Below are positions 1-7,907 of a stretch of 24,000 nucleotides of DNA, piece by piece (position 1 is the stretch's first letter; the number at the start of each line of letters is the position of its first letter). Location: assembly GCA_030017655.1 (NCBI GenBank), contig JASEIM010000005.1, positions 32,063-56,062 of the forward strand, given 5' to 3'. A model generated the notes under the pieces. That model was not told the DNA's origin. It saw nothing but the letters and a program-made list of their open reading frames with translations, and did not search any database. The translations under genes and the position numbers were made by a program. This stretch comes from Methanobacterium sp. GTDB lineage: Archaea; Methanobacteriota; Methanobacteria; Methanobacteriales; Methanobacteriaceae.

Positions 1-677
1 AAATTGCACAGATGGAATCTGCAACTGGTAAAAAGCCAATGGTTAAATACTGGATGCATACAGGCTTCCTGAATGTTAGCGGAGAGAAAATGTCCAAATC
101 TCTTGGAAATTTTATCACAATCGAAGAACTGCTTAAAGAATATGACCCTCAGGTCTTCAGATTTTTTGTTCTTTCCACTCATTACAGAAGTCCAATTGAT
201 TTTAGCGATAATGCCCTACATCAATCAGAAAATAGTATTAAAAGAATCTATAAATTGATAGAAACCATAGATGAACTTTTAGATATGGACCTAACTGAAA
301 AAAATGAAAATGATAAAAATTACCTTAAATTATTAGAAAAAACAAAAAATGAATTTTTAGATGCAATGGATAATGATTTTAACACCCCTATTGCGATTTC
401 GGTTCTCTTTAATTTAATTAGAGAGATAAATAAAGGAATAAATGAAGAAAATATCTCCAAAAATATACTTAAAGAAATAAAATTACTATTTAATGAATTT
501 GGAGATATCTTGGGACTTATTTTTTCAGTTGAATCCTGCAAAGGAGACTCAAATAGCCAATTACTGGACACTTTAATTGATGTAAGGGAAAAACTCCGTG
601 CAGATAAGAATTATGAGCTTGCAGACGAAATACGGAGTCGATTAAGGGACTTTGGCATCAACTTAGAAGATAAATAA
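1..677 (+). CDS. cysS: Cysteinyl-tRNA synthetase, C-terminal part (5' end lies upstream of the window)
   Basis: The frame is open from the window edge (codons from nt 3). The class-I aaRS KMSKS loop is present as 'GEKMSKSLGN', preceded by 'WMHTGFLNV' and followed by a helical anticodon-binding-type region. Stop TAA at 675-677. Confidence 0.9.
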   Translation, partial: IAQMESATGKKPMVKYWMHTGFLNVSGEKMSKSLGNFITIEELLKEYDPQVFRFFVLSTHYRSPIDFSDNALHQSENSIKRIYKLIETIDELLDMDLTEKNENDKNYLKLLEKTKNEFLDAMDNDFNTPIAISVLFNLIREINKGINEENISKNILKEIKLLFNEFGDILGLIFSVESCKGDSNSQLLDTLIDVREKLRADKNYELADEIRSRLRDFGINLEDK

Positions 678-680
678 AAA

Positions 681-1079
681 TTAAATGCAATAATCCATAA
701 ATTCTTCATTTCTTTTAGAACCCATGCATGCATTGCAGCCTGTAGGAACATTATCTTTTTCTTTATGCAATTGACAGATGATTTCTTCTGCTTTTATATT
801 TTTACATATGTCGCATACTTTTCGAATAATATCTCCTTGACCTAAGTCCTGCTCAATTAAATCTCTTGCAAGCAACCGGATCATACTTTGCGTATGAGCA
901 TCAAATTTAATTCCATGACCCCTCTTATCGCTTATATACTGTGATACTGCTGGTTGAGTGATATCTAGTAACTTTGAGATTTCTTTTTGTTTCATACCTA
1001 AATTAAGAAGTTCTTTTGCTAATTCTGATCTGATGGTTGGGATTACATACCATACAACTATTTCACATGGTGGTCTCAT
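681..1079 (-). CDS. Small HTH transcriptional regulator with a Cys-rich C-terminal (putative metal/Fe-S or redox-sensing) domain
   Basis: ATG at 1079. The helix-turn-helix segment 'QKEISKLLDITQPAVSQYISDKRG' is XRE/COG2522-like. The C-terminal half carries C89-x2-C92, C102 and C115-x2-C118, plus C5 and C131. It is convergent with cysS (3-nt gap) and lies downstream of cysK-cysE. A palindromic operator-like site sits in its own upstream region. Confidence 0.7.
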   Translation of the reverse strand: MRPPCEIVVWYVIPTIRSELAKELLNLGMKQKEISKLLDITQPAVSQYISDKRGHGIKFDAHTQSMIRLLARDLIEQDLGQGDIIRKVCDICKNIKAEEIICQLHKEKDNVPTGCNACMGSKRNEEFMDYCI

Positions 1080-1143
1080 TCTATCACACTTGATGATTCA
1101 TAATATTTAATTGTAAAAATTTACTGAAATTTATGAATTTGTA

Positions 1144-1161
1144 ATATAACTTATGTTATAT
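1144..1161. promoter_or_regulatory. Operator-like palindrome ATATAAC-TTAT-GTTATAT upstream of the regulator gene
   Basis: Perfect 7-bp inverted arms with a 4-bp spacer, read directly. Its centre is about 73 nt upstream of the ATG at 1079. The same 14 specified bases recur at 3068 and 8646. Confidence 0.5.
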
Positions 1162-1289
1162 AACTTTATATTATTTTGCTCAAATATCCATTGATTAAAT
1201 CAATTATATATAATTTATTTCATTAAAAAAATCTTTAAATAAACTTAATTAACAATTTAACACTTTTAAACCTCTAAAATTAATATCAA

Positions 1290-2003
1290 TTAAATGCCTG
1301 ATCCTTCTGAAAATATCTCTTCGATTTCTGATTTTTTTTCAAATAGTTCATTCATTTCAATTACTGATGTTGATACTCCTAAAGCTTGAATCTTTCTTTC
1401 CATTTCATCCTGGCGCTCTAAAATAATTTTAATAATTTCTGCAACAGGATCCGGTAACTCCCCATGATCTAAATCTATAGCGCATTTACGTTCCTCTTTC
1501 ACGTTTCTTCCAGGTATTCCAACAACTGTAGACCCCATTGGCGCTGATTTTAAGACTACTGAGCCTGCACCTATTTTTGAACAGTCCCCTATTGTAATAT
1601 TTCCTATTATTTTAGCTCCTGCACCAATTACAATACCATTACCAATAGTAGGGTGCCTTTTTTTCTTTTCTAAGCTTGTTCCACCCAAAACGACACCCTG
1701 ATAAATTAAAACATCGTTTCCAATTTCTGCAGTTTCTCCAATAACTACTCCCATTCCATGATCAATGAAAACTCTTCTCCCAATTTTTGCACCGGGATGT
1801 ATTTCTATTCCTGTAAAGAAGCGAGCTAGAGCCGAAATTAATCCTGCTGAAAGCCCATGATTACGAATCCATAAGCAGTGCGCTATTCTATAAAGCCAGA
1901 TAGCATGAAGTCCAGGATATGTTAGAAATATTTCTAATTTACTTCTTGCTGCTGGATCTCTTAGCATTACCATTTGTATGTCTTCTCTAACTCGATCAAA
2001 CAT
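1290..2003 (-). CDS. cysE: Serine O-acetyltransferase
   Basis: N-terminal SATase helical motif '[27 protein letters not shown]'. Left-handed beta-helix hexapeptide repeats ('[41 protein letters not shown]'). C-terminus ends in ...GSGI, and a terminal Ile is typical of SATs that dock into CysK. Lies 28 nt downstream of cysK on the same strand. Confidence 0.9.
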   Translation of the reverse strand: MFDRVREDIQMVMLRDPAARSKLEIFLTYPGLHAIWLYRIAHCLWIRNHGLSAGLISALARFFTGIEIHPGAKIGRRVFIDHGMGVVIGETAEIGNDVLIYQGVVLGGTSLEKKKRHPTIGNGIVIGAGAKIIGNITIGDCSKIGAGSVVLKSAPMGSTVVGIPGRNVKEERKCAIDLDHGELPDPVAEIIKIILERQDEMERKIQALGVSTSVIEMNELFEKKSEIEEIFSEGSGI

Positions 2004-2031
2004 TTGCTCGCCCCAATTTACTATTTTTTAA

Positions 2032-3018
2032 TTAATTTGTAAACTCTTCGGTTGCATATTCGTTGAATGCCTTTTCAAATACCCATTCCATACTTAGGTA
2101 GCGCTCGCCTGTATCTGGAAGAATAACAACAATTCTTTTAACCTTATTTTCTTCTCTTTTCGCCACTTCAAGGGCTGCATAAACTGCAGCGCCTGATGAG
2201 ATACCTGCAAGAATTCCTTCTTCCCTTGCCAGTCTAACCATTGTATCTGCTGCATTTTCATCTTTTACCTTGATAATTTCATCTATTAAATCTATTTCCA
2301 GTACATCAGGTATAAATCCTGCACCTATTCCCTGTATTTTATGGGATCCTGGCTGTCCTCCAGACAGTACGGGTGATGCTTCTGGTTCTACAGCTATTGC
2401 CTTAAAATCAGGATTTTTTTCCTTCAGAACCTGTGCAACACCAGTTAAAGTCCCTCCGGTACCAATACCTGCAACCAAAATATCTACTTTACCGTCTGTA
2501 TCTCTCCATATCTCATTTGCAGTTGTTTGTCTATGTATTTTGGGGTTTGCCTTGTTTTTAAATTGCTGAGGCATTACTGCATTTGGTAATTTTTCCACAA
2601 GCTCTTCGGCCTTTGCAACTGCACCTTTCATTCCATTTGCACCAGGAGTTAAGACAATTTCTGCACCTAAAAGCGCGAGCAATTTTCTTCGTTCCATGGA
2701 CATCGTGTCAGGCATGGTGAGAACTAATCTGTAATCTTTAGCCGCTGCGACAAAAGCAAGAGCTATACCTGTATTTCCGCTTGTTGGCTCCACTAAAACT
2801 GTTTCTTTATTTATAAATCCTTCCTTTTCGCCTTGTTCAATCATCGCCACTCCAATTCTATCCTTTACACTGCTTAAAGGGTTGAATGATTCTAATTTTG
2901 CCAGAACTTCTGCCTGTGCACCTTCTGTAATTCTATTCAACCTTACCAGAGGAGTATTTCCTATAAGTTCTGTAGCATCGTTTGCTATTCCTCTTTTTAA
3001 TTCTGGTATTTTAACCAT
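2032..3018 (-). CDS. cysK: Cysteine synthase A / O-acetylserine sulfhydrylase (PLP-dependent)
   Basis: '[12 protein letters not shown]' and '[11 protein letters not shown]' (PLP-lysine motif SxKDR), '[12 protein letters not shown]', and the glycine loop '[10 protein letters not shown]'. RBS AAGGTGA lies 5-6 nt upstream of the ATG at 3018. Confidence 0.92.
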   Translation of the reverse strand: MVKIPELKRGIANDATELIGNTPLVRLNRITEGAQAEVLAKLESFNPLSSVKDRIGVAMIEQGEKEGFINKETVLVEPTSGNTGIALAFVAAAKDYRLVLTMPDTMSMERRKLLALLGAEIVLTPGANGMKGAVAKAEELVEKLPNAVMPQQFKNKANPKIHRQTTANEIWRDTDGKVDILVAGIGTGGTLTGVAQVLKEKNPDFKAIAVEPEASPVLSGGQPGSHKIQGIGAGFIPDVLEIDLIDEIIKVKDENAADTMVRLAREEGILAGISSGAAVYAALEVAKREENKVKRIVVILPDTGERYLSMEWVFEKAFNEYATEEFTN

Positions 3019-3067
3019 CTATTTCACCTTGTAATACTATATGTATTTTTAATATTGTTTTTATTGT

Positions 3068-3085
3068 ATATAACTATAGTTATAT
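3068..3085. promoter_or_regulatory. Operator-like palindrome ATATAAC-TATA-GTTATAT in the cysK promoter region
   Basis: Perfect copy. Its centre is about 58 nt upstream of the cysK ATG, where an archaeal TATA/BRE would be expected for a short leader. Confidence 0.5.
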
Positions 3086-3124
3086 AACATTGTTATAAGA
3101 CAAATTTTCTGAGAATGCTCAAAG

Positions 3125-3142
3125 ATATAACTATAGTTATGT
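3125..3142. promoter_or_regulatory. Second, one-mismatch copy of the palindrome (ATATAAC-TATA-GTTATGT)
   Basis: Read directly. Lies 57 bp from the first cysK site. Confidence 0.4.
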
Positions 3143-3167
3143 TTCTTTAATTTAATTTGGTATATAA

Positions 3168-3185
3168 AATTAACGATCGTTATAT
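3168..3185. promoter_or_regulatory. Third, degenerate copy (AATTAAC-GATC-GTTATAT)
   Basis: The right arm is perfect and the left arm has 2 mismatches. The core TAAC-GATC-GTTA is itself a perfect palindrome. Confidence 0.25.
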
Positions 3186-3195
3186 TAAATTAAAA

Positions 3196-3546
3196 TTAGA
3201 AAATATATTCTTTTTCTTTTTGAATTAATTCATATACCTTCTTTAAGGCGTCTTCTATTAACATTGGTATAATTACAGGCTGAATTCCGTGAGAAATAAG
3301 CATATCCGCAGCCCCCCGACCTATATCGCTCACCAGAACCCCATCACAATCTGAAATGAGATTTACAGCATCTTCCAGTAAAGAATCATGACTATCAATG
3401 GCACATGCTGGCTTGTTCTGTCGAGTTTCCAAATATTCGTAGCTCCCATCATCTTTAAGTTCAACTATCAAAAATTGCTGTGCCCTGCCAAAATGCTGAT
3501 TTACGAATTTTCCATCACTACTGGCTATTGCTATTTTATATGACAT
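3196..3546 (-). CDS. NifX/NifB-C-terminal-like protein (dinitrogenase FeMo-cofactor biosynthesis domain family, function unknown in methanogens)
   Basis: 'MSYKIAIASSDGKFVNQHFGRAQQFLIVEL...CDGVLVSDIGRGAADMLISHGIQPV' matches the characteristic pattern of this domain family ('KIAvaSsdG..vsqHFGra..F.iyd'). I prefer the ATG at 3546 because family members start at 'M.(K)IA'. The tracked ORF extends to 3591 with an uncharacteristic 15-aa leader. Confidence 0.75.
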   Translation of the reverse strand: MSYKIAIASSDGKFVNQHFGRAQQFLIVELKDDGSYEYLETRQNKPACAIDSHDSLLEDAVNLISDCDGVLVSDIGRGAADMLISHGIQPVIIPMLIEDALKKVYELIQKEKEYIF

Positions 3547-3607
3547 TTTAAGAATTCCCTTATTACAATAATATCTCCTGATCAATAACATATTTATTTA
3601 TTGGGCA

Positions 3608-4306
3608 TTAATCCCTAGTACTAAGCTCACCTCTATTATATAAACGCTGGAGTTCCGATGCATGTTTTAATTCATATTTCCATGTTGGAAGATTAAAAAA
3701 AGGGAATAAAGCCCCTTGCATAAAGTAATAATATGCTGCTATTCTACCATATTTTTTCCATGTTATATAATAATAAAGAGGAAAACCGCATCCCTGATTC
3801 ACTAGGGGACTTCCAGAACGTACTGTTCCATGATAAACCATTGGAATAGAGTTATTTTGCCCATTTTCCTTTGCAATGCCATAAACATAATTTAAAGCTT
3901 CATCGAGAGTATCAAACTCAATTCCGTCAGCCCTAAATCTCATTTTATCATCTGGAAGTCCAAATATAAACGCATTTATAACTTCTCTCCAATCTATAGG
4001 TACATCCGAGCCTTTTTTATCAATAAAGCCCAGTTGTATTATTGTTACATTTCCTTCCATATAATGGCTGTATTTCGAACTTCCCGCATAATGAAGCACT
4101 AATATACATTTAGACCCTCTTTCTTCCGCATATTGGGCTAAAAGTCTGGAATGCAGATGTCCCGGATACATATCAGGATCCTGAAACTTAACAAATGATA
4201 ATCTTCCAAAAGGTTCAATATCCCCTTCTGTGGCCAATGTATGTCCATATCCTCCAAAAAATAGAAATATTATTATTAATCCTGATAAAAGTTTCAAATG
4301 CTTCAT
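3608..4306 (-). CDS. Exported or membrane-anchored protein of unknown function (aromatic-rich)
   Basis: N-terminal hydrophobic signal/anchor 'LKLLSGLIIIFLFFGGYG'. The remainder is soluble and Tyr/Phe/Trp-rich ('FPLYYYITWKKYGRIAAYYYFMQGALFPFFNLPTWKY'). I recognise no family. Confidence 0.6.
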   Translation of the reverse strand: MKHLKLLSGLIIIFLFFGGYGHTLATEGDIEPFGRLSFVKFQDPDMYPGHLHSRLLAQYAEERGSKCILVLHYAGSSKYSHYMEGNVTIIQLGFIDKKGSDVPIDWREVINAFIFGLPDDKMRFRADGIEFDTLDEALNYVYGIAKENGQNNSIPMVYHGTVRSGSPLVNQGCGFPLYYYITWKKYGRIAAYYYFMQGALFPFFNLPTWKYELKHASELQRLYNRGELSTRD

Positions 4307-4574
4307 GGTTTTCCCTTTAAGAAATTATTTTAAATTCTTAAATATATTACTTATAACTAATTTATTATTACTATTCAATTGTTAATCCGAGTATTTAAAA
4401 GTGAAGATTTTACCAGAAAATATATTTAAAACCCATTTAAAAATTCATTAATATCTCCAACAAACTCTAAACTTGCATTTCTACTATTATCAGAGAAAAT
4501 CAACTTATTTCTATCTTTATAAAATTTTAAATAAAAAATAAATATTTTAAAAAGTATTTTTTTGATTTTAAAGA

Positions 4575-6950
4575 CTAAATGTCCTTAGAAGAAGCCTTAT
4601 ATAAAACAGGTTCAAGTTTATCAAGAGCCTTACTTACCTGCTTGTCGAATTCTACAAGTTTAGATGCCAATCCCCTAAAGTATGGGGCATAAACCTTATA
4701 ATACATTAATCTATCCGGATCTATACTATTTTTTAGAATTTCAGACCTGATTTCTCCCACTTTTTCTTGTATAGCAGGATACATTATATCATCAGGATAT
4801 TCACCTAAAAATATACCATCTGCACCATTTTCAAATGCATACAAAATATGTTTTGGCATTAAACGATTTATCGATGGTATTCTAATGATTCTAACTGATT
4901 CTGGATAGGATATTCTATTTATTCCAATATTATCGGCGGCCACATAACCAATATAATCTACAAAAGCAAGAATTCTTCTTTCACCATCTTTTTTGTCCTT
5001 TAGCATGCCTGAAATCATTGCAAATATTTGACTATCTGTTTGGCCCATTACTTCAACTGCTTCATTCTTACATTTTGAAATACATATTCCACAACCAGTG
5101 CAGGCAATAGGATCAACGGATATACGTTCATCATGCATATAAATAGCCTTATATTTACATGCTTTCACGCATTCGCCGCACATTTCACATTTATAATGAT
5201 CAACTACGGCGATTGTAGGTTCTATCTCTAATCCGCCATTCATTATCTCCGAAACTTTAGATGCAGCTGCATTTGCCTGAGACACACTATCTGTAATATC
5301 TTTTGGGCCCTGTGCAGTTCCACAAACATAAATTCCTTCAACATCAGTGGTTACCGGTTTTATCTTTGGATGTTTCTCTTTTACGAACAAATCTTCAGTA
5401 AGACCCACATTTAATTTCTCTGCAACTTTTAATGTTCCTTCCGATGGTTCCATTGCCTCTGATAAAACAACCATATCAGTTTCAATCTCTACTTGTTCAC
5501 CGCGAAGAGTGTCTTCAACTCTTACAACTAGATTATCACCGATCTTTGCTATATCTCCAGGACGCCCTCTTATCAGTTTAATTTCCTTAGATTGTACATG
5601 TCTGAAGTAATTTTCGTACATTCCAGGGGTTCTCATGTCTGTATAACAGATGATTATTTCAGTATCAGGATAATAGCGCCGGATAAAGTTTGCATGCTTT
5701 AACGCAACCATGCAGCAGACTTTTGAACAATATCTTTTTCCTTCAGGTTTTTCATCCCTGGAACCAGCACATTGAACCATTACCACTCTTCTTGGAATTT
5801 TACCATCTGATGGTTTGAGCAGTTTACCATTAGTAGGCCCATTAACGCCCATTATCCTTGCAAGCTCCATTTGAGTTATAACATCTTCATACCTTTCATA
5901 TCCATATTCTGGACGTTTTTTAAGGTCAAATCCTTTATGTCCTGTTGCTATAACTACTGATCCTACATTAAGAGGTATGATTTCACCTTTCATTTTAAGA
6001 TTAATAGCTCTCATTGTACAGACTTTCTGACATTTTCCACATTTAATACAATGTTTTTCATCAATCGTATAAACATCTGGAACTGATTGAGGAAATGGCT
6101 TATAAATCGCCTTTCTTAACATCAATTTTTCATTCCATTCATTAGGAACATCGACAGGACAAACTTCAGCACAGTTACCGCATGCTATACATTTATCTTC
6201 ATCAACAAAACTTGGTTTTCTTTCAACAAGCAAACTGAAGTTTCCAGCTTTTCTTTGGGAGGATTTAAGCTCTGCATTAGTGATTATAGTGATATTTTTA
6301 TGCTGGACGGCTTCATTTATCAGCGGATTAAAAAGACATAATGCACATTCTTCTGCAAGCTTTTCTGGGGAAAAAACCTTACCGATTTTTATCATGTTTC
6401 CCCCAACAGTTGGCTTTTCTTCAATTATGTGGACTTTAATACCCTGTTTTGCCAGTGAAAGCGCTGCAGTTATTCCAGATATTCCTCCACCAATTACAGC
6501 TGCGCTTTTTTTTGTTTTTCTAACTATTGCATCCAGAGGTCTGGCATACTGGACCCTTTCAATGGCCGCATTTGTAAGGGATATTGCCTTTTCTGTTGCC
6601 TTATCCACGTCTGAATGCACCCATGAACACTGTTCCCTTATATTTGCCATCTCAAGCAGATATGGATTTAAGGGGGCAACATGATTTCTAAAGGTTTTTT
6701 CGTGGGTAATTGGTGAACATGCTGCAATTACCACCCTATCTAATTCTTCCTCAAGTATAATGTCCCTTATATTCTTCTGACACTTTATAGAGCAAAGATT
6801 TTCAAATTCTTTCACCACTTTAGCATCTATTGAGGATTTAAGCCTCCCAATATCTACAGTGTCAGAAATGTTTCCCCCACATTTACATAGAAAAACTCCT
6901 ATATCAATGCTGCTTTTTGGAGCGTATCTTGAAAAATGACCGTTATTCAA
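4575..6950 (-). CDS. hdrA: Heterodisulfide reductase subunit A-like flavo-iron-sulfur protein fused to a C-terminal MvhD-like domain (HdrA2-type architecture)
   Basis: N-terminal HdrA cluster motif 'IGVFLCKCGGNIS...VVIAACSP...NIREQCSWVH'. FAD fold 'AAVIGGGISGITAALSLAKQG'. Inserted 2x[4Fe-4S] ferredoxin 'CIACGNCAEVCPV...CIKCGKCQKVC'. 'VQCAGSRD...YCSKVCCMVALKHA'. C-terminal ferredoxin 'CEMCGECVKAC...CTGCGICISKC'. Then the MvhD/FlpD-like 'ILAFVDYIGYVAADNIGINRISYPESVRIIRIPS...FENGADGIFLGEYPDD'. Start is TTG at 6950 with a GAGGT RBS 6 nt upstream. Confidence 0.85.
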   Translation of the reverse strand: MNNGHFSRYAPKSSIDIGVFLCKCGGNISDTVDIGRLKSSIDAKVVKEFENLCSIKCQKNIRDIILEEELDRVVIAACSPITHEKTFRNHVAPLNPYLLEMANIREQCSWVHSDVDKATEKAISLTNAAIERVQYARPLDAIVRKTKKSAAVIGGGISGITAALSLAKQGIKVHIIEEKPTVGGNMIKIGKVFSPEKLAEECALCLFNPLINEAVQHKNITIITNAELKSSQRKAGNFSLLVERKPSFVDEDKCIACGNCAEVCPVDVPNEWNEKLMLRKAIYKPFPQSVPDVYTIDEKHCIKCGKCQKVCTMRAINLKMKGEIIPLNVGSVVIATGHKGFDLKKRPEYGYERYEDVITQMELARIMGVNGPTNGKLLKPSDGKIPRRVVMVQCAGSRDEKPEGKRYCSKVCCMVALKHANFIRRYYPDTEIIICYTDMRTPGMYENYFRHVQSKEIKLIRGRPGDIAKIGDNLVVRVEDTLRGEQVEIETDMVVLSEAMEPSEGTLKVAEKLNVGLTEDLFVKEKHPKIKPVTTDVEGIYVCGTAQGPKDITDSVSQANAAASKVSEIMNGGLEIEPTIAVVDHYKCEMCGECVKACKYKAIYMHDERISVDPIACTGCGICISKCKNEAVEVMGQTDSQIFAMISGMLKDKKDGERRILAFVDYIGYVAADNIGINRISYPESVRIIRIPSINRLMPKHILYAFENGADGIFLGEYPDDIMYPAIQEKVGEIRSEILKNSIDPDRLMYYKVYAPYFRGLASKLVEFDKQVSKALDKLEPVLYKASSKDI

Positions 6951-6959
6951 TTTTATACC

Positions 6960-7907
6960 TCATAAACATGGATTAATCTGCTTTATTTCCTTTAAAATTC
7001 GTTCTACAGGAACTGTATGTGTTTGAACTCCTACAACAGTGTAAGGGTCAGCTCCAAGTGCAAGAGCCAAAAATTGAGAAATATTAAGGCATATAATATT
7101 AAATTCTACACCTAATGATTTTCCAATTACTTTTTGATTTCTGTCAAACTGCAGCTGGCAGTTAGGACACATTAGAAGAAGAATATCAACCTCATTCTCC
7201 TTTAAACTTAAAAGTTTTTCGGCAGTTATAGAAAATGATAACTCTTTATTCATATAACGCTGCCTGAAACCGTTACCACACGTACTGGTTTTACGATCAT
7301 ACCAGTCTACGGTTTCCACGCCACATGCTTTAGCAAGAGTTTCTAAAACCATTGGATCTCTTTCATTTCCAATTGTATCTTTTTGATGAACTTTACAGTA
7401 GTGACATGCATGATGTGCAGCCACTTTAAAGCTAGATAAATCTACTTCCACAAGATCCTGAATTTCATCTACCTTTTTATAAAGAATTTCAGTTGTATGG
7501 AATATATTATCCCTTGAATCTATATTTTCCAAATTATATTTTAAATCAGAAAGCCCTGAATCTTCAAATATTTTGTTTACGCTATTTCTAATATGATCCT
7601 TTTTATTGAGGATATTTGCTGATTTTTTTAGTATTGCATAACAGGTAGCGCACAATGTAGCAATATTTTCATGTCCTTCTTCTCTTGCAATTCCAAAATT
7701 TCTTGCTGATAGTGCAGTGGTTGAAAATTGGTCAAAAAGATCGGCATAATGCCCTAAACCAGTACAGCATGATTGTCTTTCGCTTATACTATATTCAATT
7801 CCCAGTTTATCAAATAGAAACTTTGTTGAGGATTCTACACCCGGATACTCAACATTTACAAGACAGCTTTTGAAGAGTAAAATCTTTTTATCTGGTATTT
7901 TCTTCAT
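6960..7907 (-). CDS. hdrB: Heterodisulfide reductase subunit B-like protein (two CCG domains, the second non-canonical)
   Basis: The N-terminal CCG motif is complete: C15-x31-C47C48-x37-C86-x2-C89. The C-terminal motif reads C171-x37-T209-C210-x36-C247-x2-C250, with an extra C168. It overlaps the hdrC stop by 20 nt and ends 9 nt before the hdrA start. Confidence 0.8.
   Translation of the reverse strand: MKKIPDKKILLFKSCLVNVEYPGVESSTKFLFDKLGIEYSISERQSCCTGLGHYADLFDQFSTTALSARNFGIAREEGHENIATLCATCYAILKKSANILNKKDHIRNSVNKIFEDSGLSDLKYNLENIDSRDNIFHTTEILYKKVDEIQDLVEVDLSSFKVAAHHACHYCKVHQKDTIGNERDPMVLETLAKACGVETVDWYDRKTSTCGNGFRQRYMNKELSFSITAEKLLSLKENEVDILLLMCPNCQLQFDRNQKVIGKSLGVEFNIICLNISQFLALALGADPYTVVGVQTHTVPVERILKEIKQINPCL

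Noticed and set aside
73-571. Tracked ORFs 73-258 (+) and 320-571 (-) inside cysS
   Set aside because: They are alternative-frame or antisense ORFs within a gene that has strong homology signatures, and their peptides are low-complexity.
1190-1204. Palindrome ATTGATT-A-AATCAAT between cysE and the regulator gene
   Set aside because: It is short and AT-only, so it is expected by chance in such intergenic DNA. It is not repeated elsewhere in the window, and as RNA the loop would be too small for a stable hairpin.
2270-2569. Antisense ORF within cysK
   Set aside because: It lies entirely inside a confidently identified CDS on the opposite strand. Its Pro/Ser/Ile-rich composition is typical of antisense translation of an AT-rich gene.
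3547-3591. 15-codon N-terminal extension of the NifX-like ORF (MLLIRRYYCNKGILK)
   Set aside because: Family members begin at 'M..KIA'. The internal ATG at 3546 restores that N-terminus, and the extension has no family-like sequence.
5347-7873. Antisense ORFs 5347-5610, 6280-6684 and 7685-7873 within hdrA and hdrB
   Set aside because: They lie opposite strongly supported Fe-S/flavoprotein genes, with no RBS and no recognisable motifs.
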